The notes: generated from the letters alone by a model not told the origin. DNA of 64,000 bases from Bacteroidales bacterium (GCA_046485075.1 JAWOHR010000150.1:21918-85917), one strand, 5' to 3'; shown: positions 39,065-47,624, counted from the first letter of the stretch. Program-made: numbers and translations.

Positions 39065-40228
39065 ATGGAAGAGAGACTCAAATTATCCCGGATCTATATC
39101 ATTGGAACCTTGACCATGATTGCCATTGGAATCGCGGCAATGGTGATTGCCTTCTCGGGTGATCCTCAAAGGGCATGGGCCAACTACCTGTTAAACAATG
39201 TCTATTTTCTCTCCCTTGCCGTGGGGGCCATGCTGTTTTTATCCATCCAGCGGGTAACACACTCGGGCTGGTCTGCCGGTTTCATTCGGGTTCCTGAAGC
39301 AATGGGGGCCTATATTCCTGTGGCAGCAGTGCTTTTCCTGCTACTGATCCCCGGCGCACATTCACTCTACCACTGGTCACATGTTGATGCGGTCTCACAC
39401 GATCCGTTACTGGCACATAAGGCTCCCTACCTGAACCTTCCCTTCTGGGTGACCAGGATGGTGGTCTATTTCGGACTATGGATCCTGATGACAGGGCTGC
39501 TCCGGCGTCTCTCACGGAAAGAGGACCAATCCGGAGGCATCACTTACTTTAAAAAAGGGGAGCACTATGCCAGGATCTATATTTTTATCGTCATTATTAC
39601 CTTCACATTTGCCATGATCGACTGGGTCATGTCTATCGATGCCCACTGGTACAGCACCATTTTTGCCATCAGAAACTTTGTGGCTGCATTTCACCATGCC
39701 TCCATTGTGATCGCCTTTGTGGTTTTGATTCTCCACCAGCGCGGGTACTTTCCATTTCTGACAAAATATCACGTGGGTGATTTTTCCAGGTACATTTTCA
39801 TGTTGTGTATTATCTGGGGCTACTTCTGGTTTTCGGAATTCATGCTGATCTGGTATGCCAACATTCCCGAAGAGACCGTCTATTTCGTCACCCGTCTCAG
39901 GGGAGAAGGTTGGAGAACCTTTTTCTTTGCCAACATCCTGATTAACTGGTTTCTCCCGTTTGTATTACTGATGCCAAAAGCCACGGCCCAAAACAAGCTG
40001 GTGGTGAAAATCGTGATTCCGTTTTTGATCGTGGGGCAGTTTATCGATCTCTACATGCAGATATTCCCCGGTACAGTTGGCAAACAGGTACTTGGTTTCC
40101 AGGAGATCGGCATGTTCATCGGGTTTGCAGGATTGTTCATGTTGGTGATCGGGTATGCATTGACCCGGGCCAGTCTTTACCCCGTCAACCACCCCTACCT
40201 GGGGGAGTGCAAAAATCATCATACCTGA
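39065..40228 (+). CDS. actF: Alternative complex III subunit ActF (second NrfD-like membrane subunit)
   Basis: 387 aa, polytopic. Position after actE. Confidence 0.8.
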   Translation: MEERLKLSRIYIIGTLTMIAIGIAAMVIAFSGDPQRAWANYLLNNVYFLSLAVGAMLFLSIQRVTHSGWSAGFIRVPEAMGAYIPVAAVLFLLLIPGAHSLYHWSHVDAVSHDPLLAHKAPYLNLPFWVTRMVVYFGLWILMTGLLRRLSRKEDQSGGITYFKKGEHYARIYIFIVIITFTFAMIDWVMSIDAHWYSTIFAIRNFVAAFHHASIVIAFVVLILHQRGYFPFLTKYHVGDFSRYIFMLCIIWGYFWFSEFMLIWYANIPEETVYFVTRLRGEGWRTFFFANILINWFLPFVLLMPKATAQNKLVVKIVIPFLIVGQFIDLYMQIFPGTVGKQVLGFQEIGMFIGFAGLFMLVIGYALTRASLYPVNHPYLGECKNHHT

Positions 40229-40232
40229 AAGA

Positions 40233-41072
40233 GTGACCCACCCCTATCGCTATTTTCACTTTCTCAGTCTCGACATAGTACTTGGAGCGGTAGCCACCTC
40301 GGTGCTGGCTGCCAGACTCTTTTCGGCAAATCCGGGGTGGGCCTGGTGGGCCTCCCTGGCCATGACCATCTGGATCCTTTACATGGGCGACCATCTTCTG
40401 GATGCATGGAAACACCGGAAAAACAGTCACCGCGAGATGCACAAAGTGATTTTCACAAACAAACGCAATCTGATATACATCCTAGGTATGGTTACCGTGG
40501 TCAATCTGTTCGTGGTATTTAATTTTCTTGACCCCGGCATGCTGAAAGCATCACTGCTGCTGGGGGGGGCGGTATTCCTGTTTTACGCCATGCGACACAT
40601 TTTCAAACGGAACCGGTTGCTATTTATTCCGGGTGAGGTTTTTGTACTGATCCTTTATATGACCGGAACCTGGATGGGCCCCTTCATTTCCCGTACACTC
40701 CCCGTCACCTCGGGCCATATCCTGGTTCTGATCATGATGGCCGGAGTTCTCCTTCTGAATCTTGGTGTGATCTCCCTTTATGATGCCGGGATCGACAAAC
40801 GGCTGGGGATCTCAACCCTGGCCGGAACACTAGGCAAAAAGGCAACCCGAAACCTGATGATCGCCACGGCCATTCTGGTTCTGGTGATGGCCCTGCTTCA
40901 GTTCCTGGTTTATGGAGCAGAACGCGCATCCAGGTTTGCCTTGATCCTGGCAGGAATGGAAGGATTGCTTCTCTGGGTACTGCTGAGGCCCTCCCTGTTC
41001 AGAAAACAGGAGGCATACCGACTGGTTGCCGATGCGATCCTCTACATGGGCTTCCTCTCCCTTCTTATTTAA
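40233..41072 (+). CDS. Divergent UbiA-superfamily-like polytopic membrane protein (function unknown)
   Basis: 279 aa with ~8 TM. GTG start 5 nt after the actF stop. Two Asp-rich motifs: YMGDHLLDAWKHRKN and LYDAGIDKRLGISTLAGTLG. Confidence 0.45.
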   Translation: MTHPYRYFHFLSLDIVLGAVATSVLAARLFSANPGWAWWASLAMTIWILYMGDHLLDAWKHRKNSHREMHKVIFTNKRNLIYILGMVTVVNLFVVFNFLDPGMLKASLLLGGAVFLFYAMRHIFKRNRLLFIPGEVFVLILYMTGTWMGPFISRTLPVTSGHILVLIMMAGVLLLNLGVISLYDAGIDKRLGISTLAGTLGKKATRNLMIATAILVLVMALLQFLVYGAERASRFALILAGMEGLLLWVLLRPSLFRKQEAYRLVADAILYMGFLSLLI

Positions 41073-41118
41073 AAGTGAATATGGCCATTGCCCCTAAAAG
41101 TGAATATGGCCATTGCCC
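41070..41118 (+). repeat. Perfect 24-nt direct repeat at 25-nt period (TAAAAGTGAATATGGCCATTGCCC x2), first copy includes the TAA stop
   Basis: Copies at 41070..41093 and 41095..41118. A partial inverted copy (GGCCATATTC) lies at 41170..41179. Confidence 0.9.
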
Positions 41119-41216
41119 TCCTCGCTTAAAACCTTCGTAAACGAATGTTTATAGGCTTCGGAGTCCAACGGCCATATTCCCTATGTTGCGAAAGGTTATC
41201 AAACGAGGCAGCCTAC

Positions 41217-41235
41217 AATTCGTTGAAAACGAATT
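41217..41235. terminator. Perfect 8-bp hairpin AATTCGTT-GAA-AACGAATT between convergent operons
   Basis: Lies 73 nt downstream of the minus-strand HMA gene stop and 145 nt downstream of the plus-strand stop. No U-tract. Confidence 0.3.
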
Positions 41236-41307
41236 TCAGCAACAAGTTTGATATCCTGAAGCAAAGAAAGGATTAAACAAGATAGACCTCAAAAGGAAAG
41301 GGAATGC

Positions 41308-41634
41308 CTAAATTTCCCCAACAACCTCGTAGCCGGTCTCGGCGATCTTTGCAGAGATCTCATCCACTGAAGTGAGGTTCTCGTCGAACTTCACTTTGGT
41401 CCACTTTTCCTCAAAGGAGGACTCCACGGTAGCAATTCCGTCAAGGGCTTTGACCCCGGCATTTATTGCATTCTCACAACCCTCGCAGGTCATGCCGTTT
41501 ACATTAAGAACCACTTCAACCCATTGGGCATCAGCGGAGATTTCGGTCTTCTCTGCCTGGGATGCATCTGTTTTTGGTGGTGTATTACAGGCCACCATCC
41601 ACAGGGTAGCCAGTCCGATCCATAAAATTTTCAT
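41308..41634 (-). CDS. Exported heavy-metal-associated (HMA, CopZ-like) domain lipoprotein
   Basis: 108 aa. Lipobox LWMVAC. Ferredoxin-like HMA domain with GMTCEGC metal-binding motif. Confidence 0.8.
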   Translation of the reverse strand: MKILWIGLATLWMVACNTPPKTDASQAEKTEISADAQWVEVVLNVNGMTCEGCENAINAGVKALDGIATVESSFEEKWTKVKFDENLTSVDEISAKIAETGYEVVGEI

Positions 41635-41645
41635 AGGTTCAGGTT

Positions 41646-42101
41646 TTAATAATCAAGTGTTAAAATCCGGCCTTCCGTGAAGTCCAGGAATCTCTCTTTT
41701 TCTGCAATTTTCAAGCCATCCCGGAGATCGTCATTTTCAACTCCTGCAACTTTCATGCAGGCTGGACAGGCCAGGATCTCCACACCGCGGTTGAGCAAGC
41801 GTTCAAAAATCTCGTCCGACGCATCGAAAGGATCCATCTTCAGATTTGGGGCATCGTTCACTACCATGTCGATGCCGTCCTGATCAAAGAATACCAGTAC
41901 ATCATGGGTGGTTGAGAACTTATCTGCAAGCATCAGAGCCATCAGCACGGCATGGGAATCTTCAGCACCTTTGCTGATGTGGATGAAGACTCCGTCGGTC
42001 TTCTTTTCTGATTGTTCAGCCGAAGCAGGTGCCTGTTCCACACGGAGGCATGCCACAGTAAGGAGTGGGATCAGAAGGAGCATAAATGTTTGTTTCATCA
42101 T
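41646..42101 (-). CDS. Exported DsrE/DsrF-like fold lipoprotein with CPAC motif
   Basis: 151 aa. Lipobox LLTVAC. Pattern VFIHISKG...VLVFFDQDGI...GVEILACPACMKVAG resembles DsrE-family (COG1416-like) proteins. Confidence 0.55.
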   Translation of the reverse strand: MMKQTFMLLLIPLLTVACLRVEQAPASAEQSEKKTDGVFIHISKGAEDSHAVLMALMLADKFSTTHDVLVFFDQDGIDMVVNDAPNLKMDPFDASDEIFERLLNRGVEILACPACMKVAGVENDDLRDGLKIAEKERFLDFTEGRILTLDY

Positions 42102-42113
42102 TGTCAGGGGGTT

Positions 42114-43004
42114 TTAGTAAATGGTTGTTTCGACTAATTTATTGGCAATCAATGCCAGGATGATCACCAGGTAGAACAAATTTACAGTAATAAATGCCTT
42201 TTTCCAATGTTGTATCAGATCGCCCCGGTAAGAAAGTCTGAACATCCTGATCAAAAAGCCTATGCTAAGGATAATCAGCAGTGCCGAGATCAGCCGGTTT
42301 CCCATCATGGGTGTCACTGGCAGCATCAGAACAATCACGGCGGTTGCGGCAATCCAGATAAAGCTCAGGTTTCTGATCTGGCGGGGCAGCAGCAGGTTGG
42401 TGATTACCGGCAACCCTGCATCCCTGAACTGGCTCCCGACTTTCAGAAGGAGGAGCCAATAGTGAGGCATTTGTCCCACGAAAAGCAAAAATGATACGGA
42501 CAAAATCTCCAGGTCCCATGGTGATCCTCCGGCAGCAGTCCACCCGATCAGTGGAGGAAGGGCACCAATGAGTGCTCCCGGGAAAACTGCAAAAGCTGTA
42601 ATCCGCTTCAGCGGGGTGTAGACCCCGTTATACCAGATCAGGGTAAACAGCCCGATGGCCGCCGCCAGGGGTTTACCCGGGAGTACCAGGATCACAACTC
42701 CTGCAAGCGAGAAAATCATAGAGATCAGGATCGCATGCCGGAGTTTGATCTTACCTGCCGGGATGGGCCTTCCCCGGGTGCGATCCATCAGGGCATCGGT
42801 CTCTCTCTCCTGGATCTGGTTGAGGGTACCCGATCCCATGGAGAGAAGAAACACGCCGGAAATGACCAGCCATGCATCTTTGTCCAGGAGGGGGGTGTGG
42901 AGGAAATAACCGAGAAAACCGGTCAGGGCTACAGGCAGGGCAATGGTAAATTTGCCCAGTTTTAAAACTGCATAAAGATATGAACCGCCTGATTTTCTAC
43001 TCAT
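42114..43004 (-). CDS. ctaB: Protohaem IX farnesyltransferase (haem O synthase)
   Basis: 296 aa, UbiA family. NQIQERETDALMDRTRGRPIPAG motif. 8-nt overlap with the subunit II gene. Confidence 0.9.
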   Translation of the reverse strand: MSRKSGGSYLYAVLKLGKFTIALPVALTGFLGYFLHTPLLDKDAWLVISGVFLLSMGSGTLNQIQERETDALMDRTRGRPIPAGKIKLRHAILISMIFSLAGVVILVLPGKPLAAAIGLFTLIWYNGVYTPLKRITAFAVFPGALIGALPPLIGWTAAGGSPWDLEILSVSFLLFVGQMPHYWLLLLKVGSQFRDAGLPVITNLLLPRQIRNLSFIWIAATAVIVLMLPVTPMMGNRLISALLIILSIGFLIRMFRLSYRGDLIQHWKKAFITVNLFYLVIILALIANKLVETTIY

Positions 43005-43950
43005 TGAGTTCTTTCAGATACTCGATAATCAGTTTGAGCTCCTCTTCGCTGACCATCCCTTCATAGGAGAGCATCAGGCCTTTTCCGTATCCTTTCACAA
43101 TATCGGCGTTGGGATCGTATATGGAACGTTTTACATACTCCTCATCCATCACCTGCTCACGCTCCTCCCTGCCGGTTAAAACGGTTCGGGTCGTTCCCCA
43201 ACCACTTAGGTAGGAGGGCCCTACCAGCTTGGATCCATCCTGGGAATGGCAAGCATTACAGCCATTTTTCTGAAGAACGGCCCACCCCTGATCAGCCAGT
43301 GAGGCTTCTGAACCCACAGCCGGGCCGGTTACCGCCGTCGTATCGGTAATCCAGGCTTCAAACTCATCCCCGGGCATTACAATCACGGCTGAATTCATAT
43401 AGGAATGCTCCAGACCGCAGTATTCTGCACAAAAAAGATCAAACCTTCCAACGGTCCCGGGGATGAACCACATCACCTTATCCTGCCCGGGAACCATATC
43501 CTCCTTGACCCGGAAGGCCGGGATATACAGGGCGTGAAGAACATCCAGAGCCACCAGGTCGAGAATAACCGGTTCATTGAGGGGGACATAAAGCGTGTCG
43601 GTGATTTTTCCATTTTCATACTGAAACTGGAAATTCCACATTCTTGCAATGGCCTTTACATGCATGGCCTCATCCGGCGGATTCTTCATGGGCCGCCATC
43701 CCATCCATCCAAAATAGAACATAATAAGCACCAGGATCAATGGAATGGCTGTCCAGATCAACTCTAGCCTGGTGCTTCCTTCATTTTGTACGGCCCTGGG
43801 ATGCTTCTCCTTCCTGTATTTGTAAATGAACACAATCATCAGGATGGTTAGGCCGATCAGAAAGAAGGCTGAGATACCAAGGATCAACATGAAGGCCAGG
43901 TCAACGCCATGGACAAAATTGGAAGCTTCTTGTGGAACAGCAGTATACAT
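42997..43950 (-). CDS. ctaC: Cytochrome c oxidase subunit II with fused C-terminal cytochrome c domain (caa3-type)
   Basis: Start set at MYTAVPQEA (ATG 43950, 11 nt after the subunit IV stop). Two TM. CuA site FCAEYCGLEHSYM. C-terminal CNACH haem c motif. Confidence 0.9.
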   Translation of the reverse strand: MYTAVPQEASNFVHGVDLAFMLILGISAFFLIGLTILMIVFIYKYRKEKHPRAVQNEGSTRLELIWTAIPLILVLIMFYFGWMGWRPMKNPPDEAMHVKAIARMWNFQFQYENGKITDTLYVPLNEPVILDLVALDVLHALYIPAFRVKEDMVPGQDKVMWFIPGTVGRFDLFCAEYCGLEHSYMNSAVIVMPGDEFEAWITDTTAVTGPAVGSEASLADQGWAVLQKNGCNACHSQDGSKLVGPSYLSGWGTTRTVLTGREEREQVMDEEYVKRSIYDPNADIVKGYGKGLMLSYEGMVSEEELKLIIEYLKELNE

Positions 43951-43961
43951 GGACTGGGAGT

Positions 43962-44246
43962 TTATCTGAATGCGAAATCGAGGAAAGTAATGATTATAAC
44001 AGCGGTAAACAGAAGAAAGACGAATCCGGTCATAAGCCTGAACATCCGCTCGCCAAACCTTAAGTGCATAAAAATGGCAAGAACCACGAACGATTTGACA
44101 GAAGCCAGCAGCAGGGCCACAGCGGTGGACCATTTGGTGAGTTCAATCTGTGTCACTGCCACAGATGTTGCTGTCAGGGTCAGCAACAGAAGGAGAATGA
44201 GACCGTAGGTCCGGTAGGATACAATATGGTGTGTTGATTCAGACAT
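43962..44246 (-). CDS. Cytochrome c oxidase subunit IV (prokaryotic COX4_pro-type)
   Basis: 94 aa with 3 TM. Begins MSESTHHIVSYRTYGLILL. Confidence 0.7.
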   Translation of the reverse strand: MSESTHHIVSYRTYGLILLLLLTLTATSVAVTQIELTKWSTAVALLLASVKSFVVLAIFMHLRFGERMFRLMTGFVFLLFTAVIIITFLDFAFR

Positions 44247-44257
44247 ATGCTAAACAT

Positions 44258-44875
44258 TTAAGTAATCAGGTAAAACAACGGGAAAAGGAAAATCCAGATG
44301 AGATCCACCAGGTGCCAGTATAGTCCGCCGTTTTCAAGCAACTGGAAATTGTCAAAGGTGAGTTGATCCTTCCATACCCTGACAAAACCGAATCCAAGCA
44401 GAACCATTCCCACAATGATATGGAGTGCATGCAGCCCGGTCATAAAAAAATAGAGTCCGAAAAAGAGTATATCCCCCTGTCCGAGATCATCCAGCACAGG
44501 GGAGCCGGGGAATAGCCCGTGACCGATCTTGCCGCTCCATTCGAAATATTTGTTCACCAGGAAAACCAGGGCCAGAACCAGTGTGGTGCCAATCAGCAAC
44601 AGGGTGGTCCGTTTGTCCTTCTTCTGGATCGCTGTCGTAGACATGGCAATGGTCATACTGCTGACCAGCAAGATCACCGTGTTGATGGTTCCAATGGTCA
44701 CATCCAGTTCCTGTGCTGCAATATGAAAGGCCTGGTGGTTTTTGAAACGGTAAACAGAATAGACGATAAAGAGCCCGCCAAACAGCAGCAGTTCGGTAAA
44801 AATGAATAGCCACATGCCAAGCTTGGAACCCAGATCATCCCTGTGCTCATTATGGTGTACAGTGGTTTCAGACAT
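44258..44875 (-). CDS. ctaE: Cytochrome c oxidase subunit III
   Basis: 205 aa with 5 TM. GLHALHIIVG and YWHLVDLIWIFLFPLFY motifs. Confidence 0.9.
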   Translation of the reverse strand: MSETTVHHNEHRDDLGSKLGMWLFIFTELLLFGGLFIVYSVYRFKNHQAFHIAAQELDVTIGTINTVILLVSSMTIAMSTTAIQKKDKRTTLLLIGTTLVLALVFLVNKYFEWSGKIGHGLFPGSPVLDDLGQGDILFFGLYFFMTGLHALHIIVGMVLLGFGFVRVWKDQLTFDNFQLLENGGLYWHLVDLIWIFLFPLFYLIT

Positions 44876-44886
44876 AAAAATGCGAT

Positions 44887-46497
44887 TTAATCAAACTTAT
44901 AGGTTGCTTTGTCGATCACCGGAACCTCATCAAAGTTCTCCAGGGAGGGTGGTGACTGAATCCTCCACTCCAGGCCGGTTCCGCCCCAGGGATTGTGCGC
45001 GGCGATTGGGCCGCTTCGGGCAGATTTGATCAGGTTTGTGATCGTGATGATCAAACCGGTGATCATGACCAGAGCCCCGAATGAAGAGATGATATTCGGA
45101 CCATGGAACTCTTCAAGGTAATCAAAGTAACGGCGTGGCATCCCTTTGATTCCCAGGTAGAACATCGGACCGTACAGGGAGACAAATCCAATGAAAAAAA
45201 TGATCCATCCCGTCCTGGCCCAACTATTGTCATACATTCGGCCGTAGATGACCGGAAACCAGTAGTGGATGGCCCCGAAAAAGGCAAACCCCACACCTCC
45301 GAACACGATGAAGTGAAAATGGGCCACCACAAAAGCTGTATCATGTACATGTACATTGGTGGCCAGTGCACCCAGAACAAGTCCGGTGAGTCCGCCGATC
45401 ATAAAGATGAAAATAAATGAAGAGGCCCACAGAAACGGAACCTCAAGACTGATGGAACCCCTGTGCATGGTTGAGATCCAGTTAAAGACCTTGATGGCAC
45501 TCGGGATGGCCACAATAAAGGTAAGGATCGAAAATGTAAAGAGTGCGGTGCCGCTCATGCCCGAGGTGAACATGTGGTGCGCCCATACAAAATAGCCCAC
45601 AAAAGCAATGGCAATTGTGGAGATCACCATGGCCGTATACCCAAAAATGGTCTTCTTTGTAAAGGTGGGGATAATCTCCGTAATGGCCCCCATTGCCGGA
45701 AGGATCATGATGTATACCGCCGGGTGAGAATAGATCCAGAAAAGATGCTGATAGAGCAGGGGATCGCCCCCTTTGGCCGGATCAAAGAATCCGATACCGA
45801 GAATCCGCTCGCCGGCAACCATCAGCAGGGTAATTCCCACAATGGGGGTGGCAAGCAACTGAATCCAGGCCGTTCCGTAAAGGGTCCAGGGAAACAGGGG
45901 CATTTTCATCCAGGTCATCCCCGGTGCCCGCATCCTGTGAATGGTTACGATAAAATTCAACCCGGTAAGAATGGACGAGAACCCAAGTACGAATGCGCCA
46001 AGGGCGGCGGGCAGCATATTGGTTCCCGTTTTAAAGCTATAGGGGGCATAGAAGGTCCACCCGGTATCGGGAGGTCCGTTTCCAAAAAGGGAGACGATCA
46101 CCAGTATGGAACCCAAAACATAGATGTACCATGAAAAAAGGTTCAGCCTCGGGAAAGCCACATCCCTGGCCCCGATCTGAATGGGCAGCAGGAAATTTCC
46201 GAAAACAGCCGGAAGGCCGGGGATCACGATTAAAAAAATCATAATCACCCCATGCACTGTAAATGTGGCATTATATGCCTGCGGGCCCATAAGGGTTTTG
46301 CCCGGGGCAATCAGCTCAAGTTTCATGAGAAGCCCCAATATCACCCCGATGGTAAACCAGGCCATCATGGAGTAGAGATAGAGCAGTGCAATCCTTTTGT
46401 GGTCGGTGGAGAGAATCCATTTGAAGATTCCCTTTCTTCCCATATCCTCCTCCAAATAGGTTTTATAACCTCTGCTCTCCGAATTTTGTGAAGTCAT
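44887..46497 (-). CDS. ctaD: Cytochrome c oxidase subunit I (haem-copper oxidase, A-type)
   Basis: 536 aa. WFFGHP-like region (LFWIYSHPAVYIMILP), VWAHHMF, HDTAFVVAHFHFIVFGG. Confidence 0.97.
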   Translation of the reverse strand: MTSQNSESRGYKTYLEEDMGRKGIFKWILSTDHKRIALLYLYSMMAWFTIGVILGLLMKLELIAPGKTLMGPQAYNATFTVHGVIMIFLIVIPGLPAVFGNFLLPIQIGARDVAFPRLNLFSWYIYVLGSILVIVSLFGNGPPDTGWTFYAPYSFKTGTNMLPAALGAFVLGFSSILTGLNFIVTIHRMRAPGMTWMKMPLFPWTLYGTAWIQLLATPIVGITLLMVAGERILGIGFFDPAKGGDPLLYQHLFWIYSHPAVYIMILPAMGAITEIIPTFTKKTIFGYTAMVISTIAIAFVGYFVWAHHMFTSGMSGTALFTFSILTFIVAIPSAIKVFNWISTMHRGSISLEVPFLWASSFIFIFMIGGLTGLVLGALATNVHVHDTAFVVAHFHFIVFGGVGFAFFGAIHYWFPVIYGRMYDNSWARTGWIIFFIGFVSLYGPMFYLGIKGMPRRYFDYLEEFHGPNIISSFGALVMITGLIITITNLIKSARSGPIAAHNPWGGTGLEWRIQSPPSLENFDEVPVIDKATYKFD

Positions 46498-46500
46498 ATG

Positions 46501-47268
46501 TTACTGAGTTTTTCTTTTTCTGTAAAACAGGAGTACAATAAACAGAACCAGTGCCAGGAAGATGATCAATGTGGCCGAAACTTTGGTAATGTTCAGTACA
46601 TATTGCTGTCCCTGTGGATCCAGGGAGTAGCAATATTGCAGAACGCGGTTGATGGTTGGACCCGATTTACCTGCACCGGCATCGATAATCGACATTTTGA
46701 GTTCGAAGGGGAGGAAGTAGATCCCGTTCAAATACCTGGAAATCTTTCCCTCTGGGGTCAGGATAATCAGTGTGGCTGCATGTATGAAGTCGTTTCCGGT
46801 GGGCTTGTACCTGAATCCTGTGGCCCCGGTCAGCCGGGCAATGCTGGCACTGTCGCTGGTGAAGAAGAGCCATCCGTTTTCGGCCTCCTCCTTTTTCTTC
46901 ATCAGGTTCAGGTAATTGTTCTTTTTGTGAATGGCAAGGTCGGTGTTCTCCCTTGCATCGAAGCTGATGGTCAGTGCCTGGTAATCCCTGCCCAGTACCA
47001 GGTCGGTCCCGTCCATGGCATTGGAGAGGCCGTCCATCAGCGGGGAGCAGATACCGGGACACCGGAAGTAGACAAAATTCAGGATCGTGGGTTTGTCGAT
47101 CAAATCACCAATGATAACCGTATCCCCGTGTTCGTCCACCAGCATGGCGTCCATGGGGATGTACTGATTGAGTTTCTCAATGATGCCAATCTCCAGTTCA
47201 GCTTCCTGTTGCGCATTGATCACACCAAAAGTGATCAGCAGGATGATTGTGGTCAGGATTTTATTCAT
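46501..47268 (-). CDS. SCO1/SenC-family copper chaperone (thioredoxin fold), C-terminal TM anchor
   Basis: 255 aa. FVYFRCPGICSPL (CxxxC) and downstream conserved His (DFIHAATL). First gene of the oxidase operon. Confidence 0.85.
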   Translation of the reverse strand: MNKILTTIILLITFGVINAQQEAELEIGIIEKLNQYIPMDAMLVDEHGDTVIIGDLIDKPTILNFVYFRCPGICSPLMDGLSNAMDGTDLVLGRDYQALTISFDARENTDLAIHKKNNYLNLMKKKEEAENGWLFFTSDSASIARLTGATGFRYKPTGNDFIHAATLIILTPEGKISRYLNGIYFLPFELKMSIIDAGAGKSGPTINRVLQYCYSLDPQGQQYVLNITKVSATLIIFLALVLFIVLLFYRKRKTQ

Positions 47269-47387
47269 TGCATATATTTAACAAATATCCGTTGAAATGG
47301 GTTGATATAAGTACTAAAGATGGTAAAAATTTTGTCTATTTATAGCAAATAAAAATAAACAACCCTGATCAGTACGGTTTAGATTTA

Positions 47388-47395
47388 TAAATTTG
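47388..47395 (+). promoter_or_regulatory. Candidate -7 promoter box TAAATTTG for the cyd operon
   Basis: Exact TAnnTTTG match 20 nt upstream of the DUF4492 ATG. The same decamer TATAAATTTG precedes tRNA-His. No clear -33 box. Confidence 0.3.
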
Positions 47396-47415
47396 TTAAC
47401 CGAACTTTATGAAAA

Positions 47416-47619
47416 ATGATTAAAAGGGTTTTCAGGTTCTATTATGAAGGTTTCAGGAGCATGACCTGGGGGAAGAAATTGTGGGGAATTGTGCTGATCA
47501 AGCTATTTATCATGTTCGCCATCCTTCGGATCTTTTTTTTCCCTGATATCCTGAAACGAGACTTTTCATCGGACGAAGAACGAAGCAATTATGTACTGGA
47601 ACAACTCACTAATCCTTAA
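47416..47619 (+). CDS. DUF4492 small membrane protein (Bacteroidota cyd-operon leader gene)
   Basis: 67 aa. FRFYYEGFRSMTWGKKLWGIVLIKLFIMFAILRIFFFP. Immediately upstream of cydA. Confidence 0.6.
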   Translation: MIKRVFRFYYEGFRSMTWGKKLWGIVLIKLFIMFAILRIFFFPDILKRDFSSDEERSNYVLEQLTNP

Positions 47620-47624
47620 AACAA

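Noticed and set aside
43951-44133. 61-codon N-terminal extension of the subunit II ORF
   Set aside because: The extension overlaps the subunit IV gene and encodes non-membrane, Arg/Cys-rich sequence. The internal ATG at 43950 sits 11 nt after the subunit IV stop and yields a canonical subunit II N-terminus.
46498-47295. 265-aa plus-strand ORF almost exactly co-extensive with the SCO gene
   Set aside because: It is an antisense shadow ORF. The minus-strand product has clear SCO1/SenC motifs (CPGIC, conserved His, signal peptide), while the plus-strand product has no recognisable features and an odd composition.
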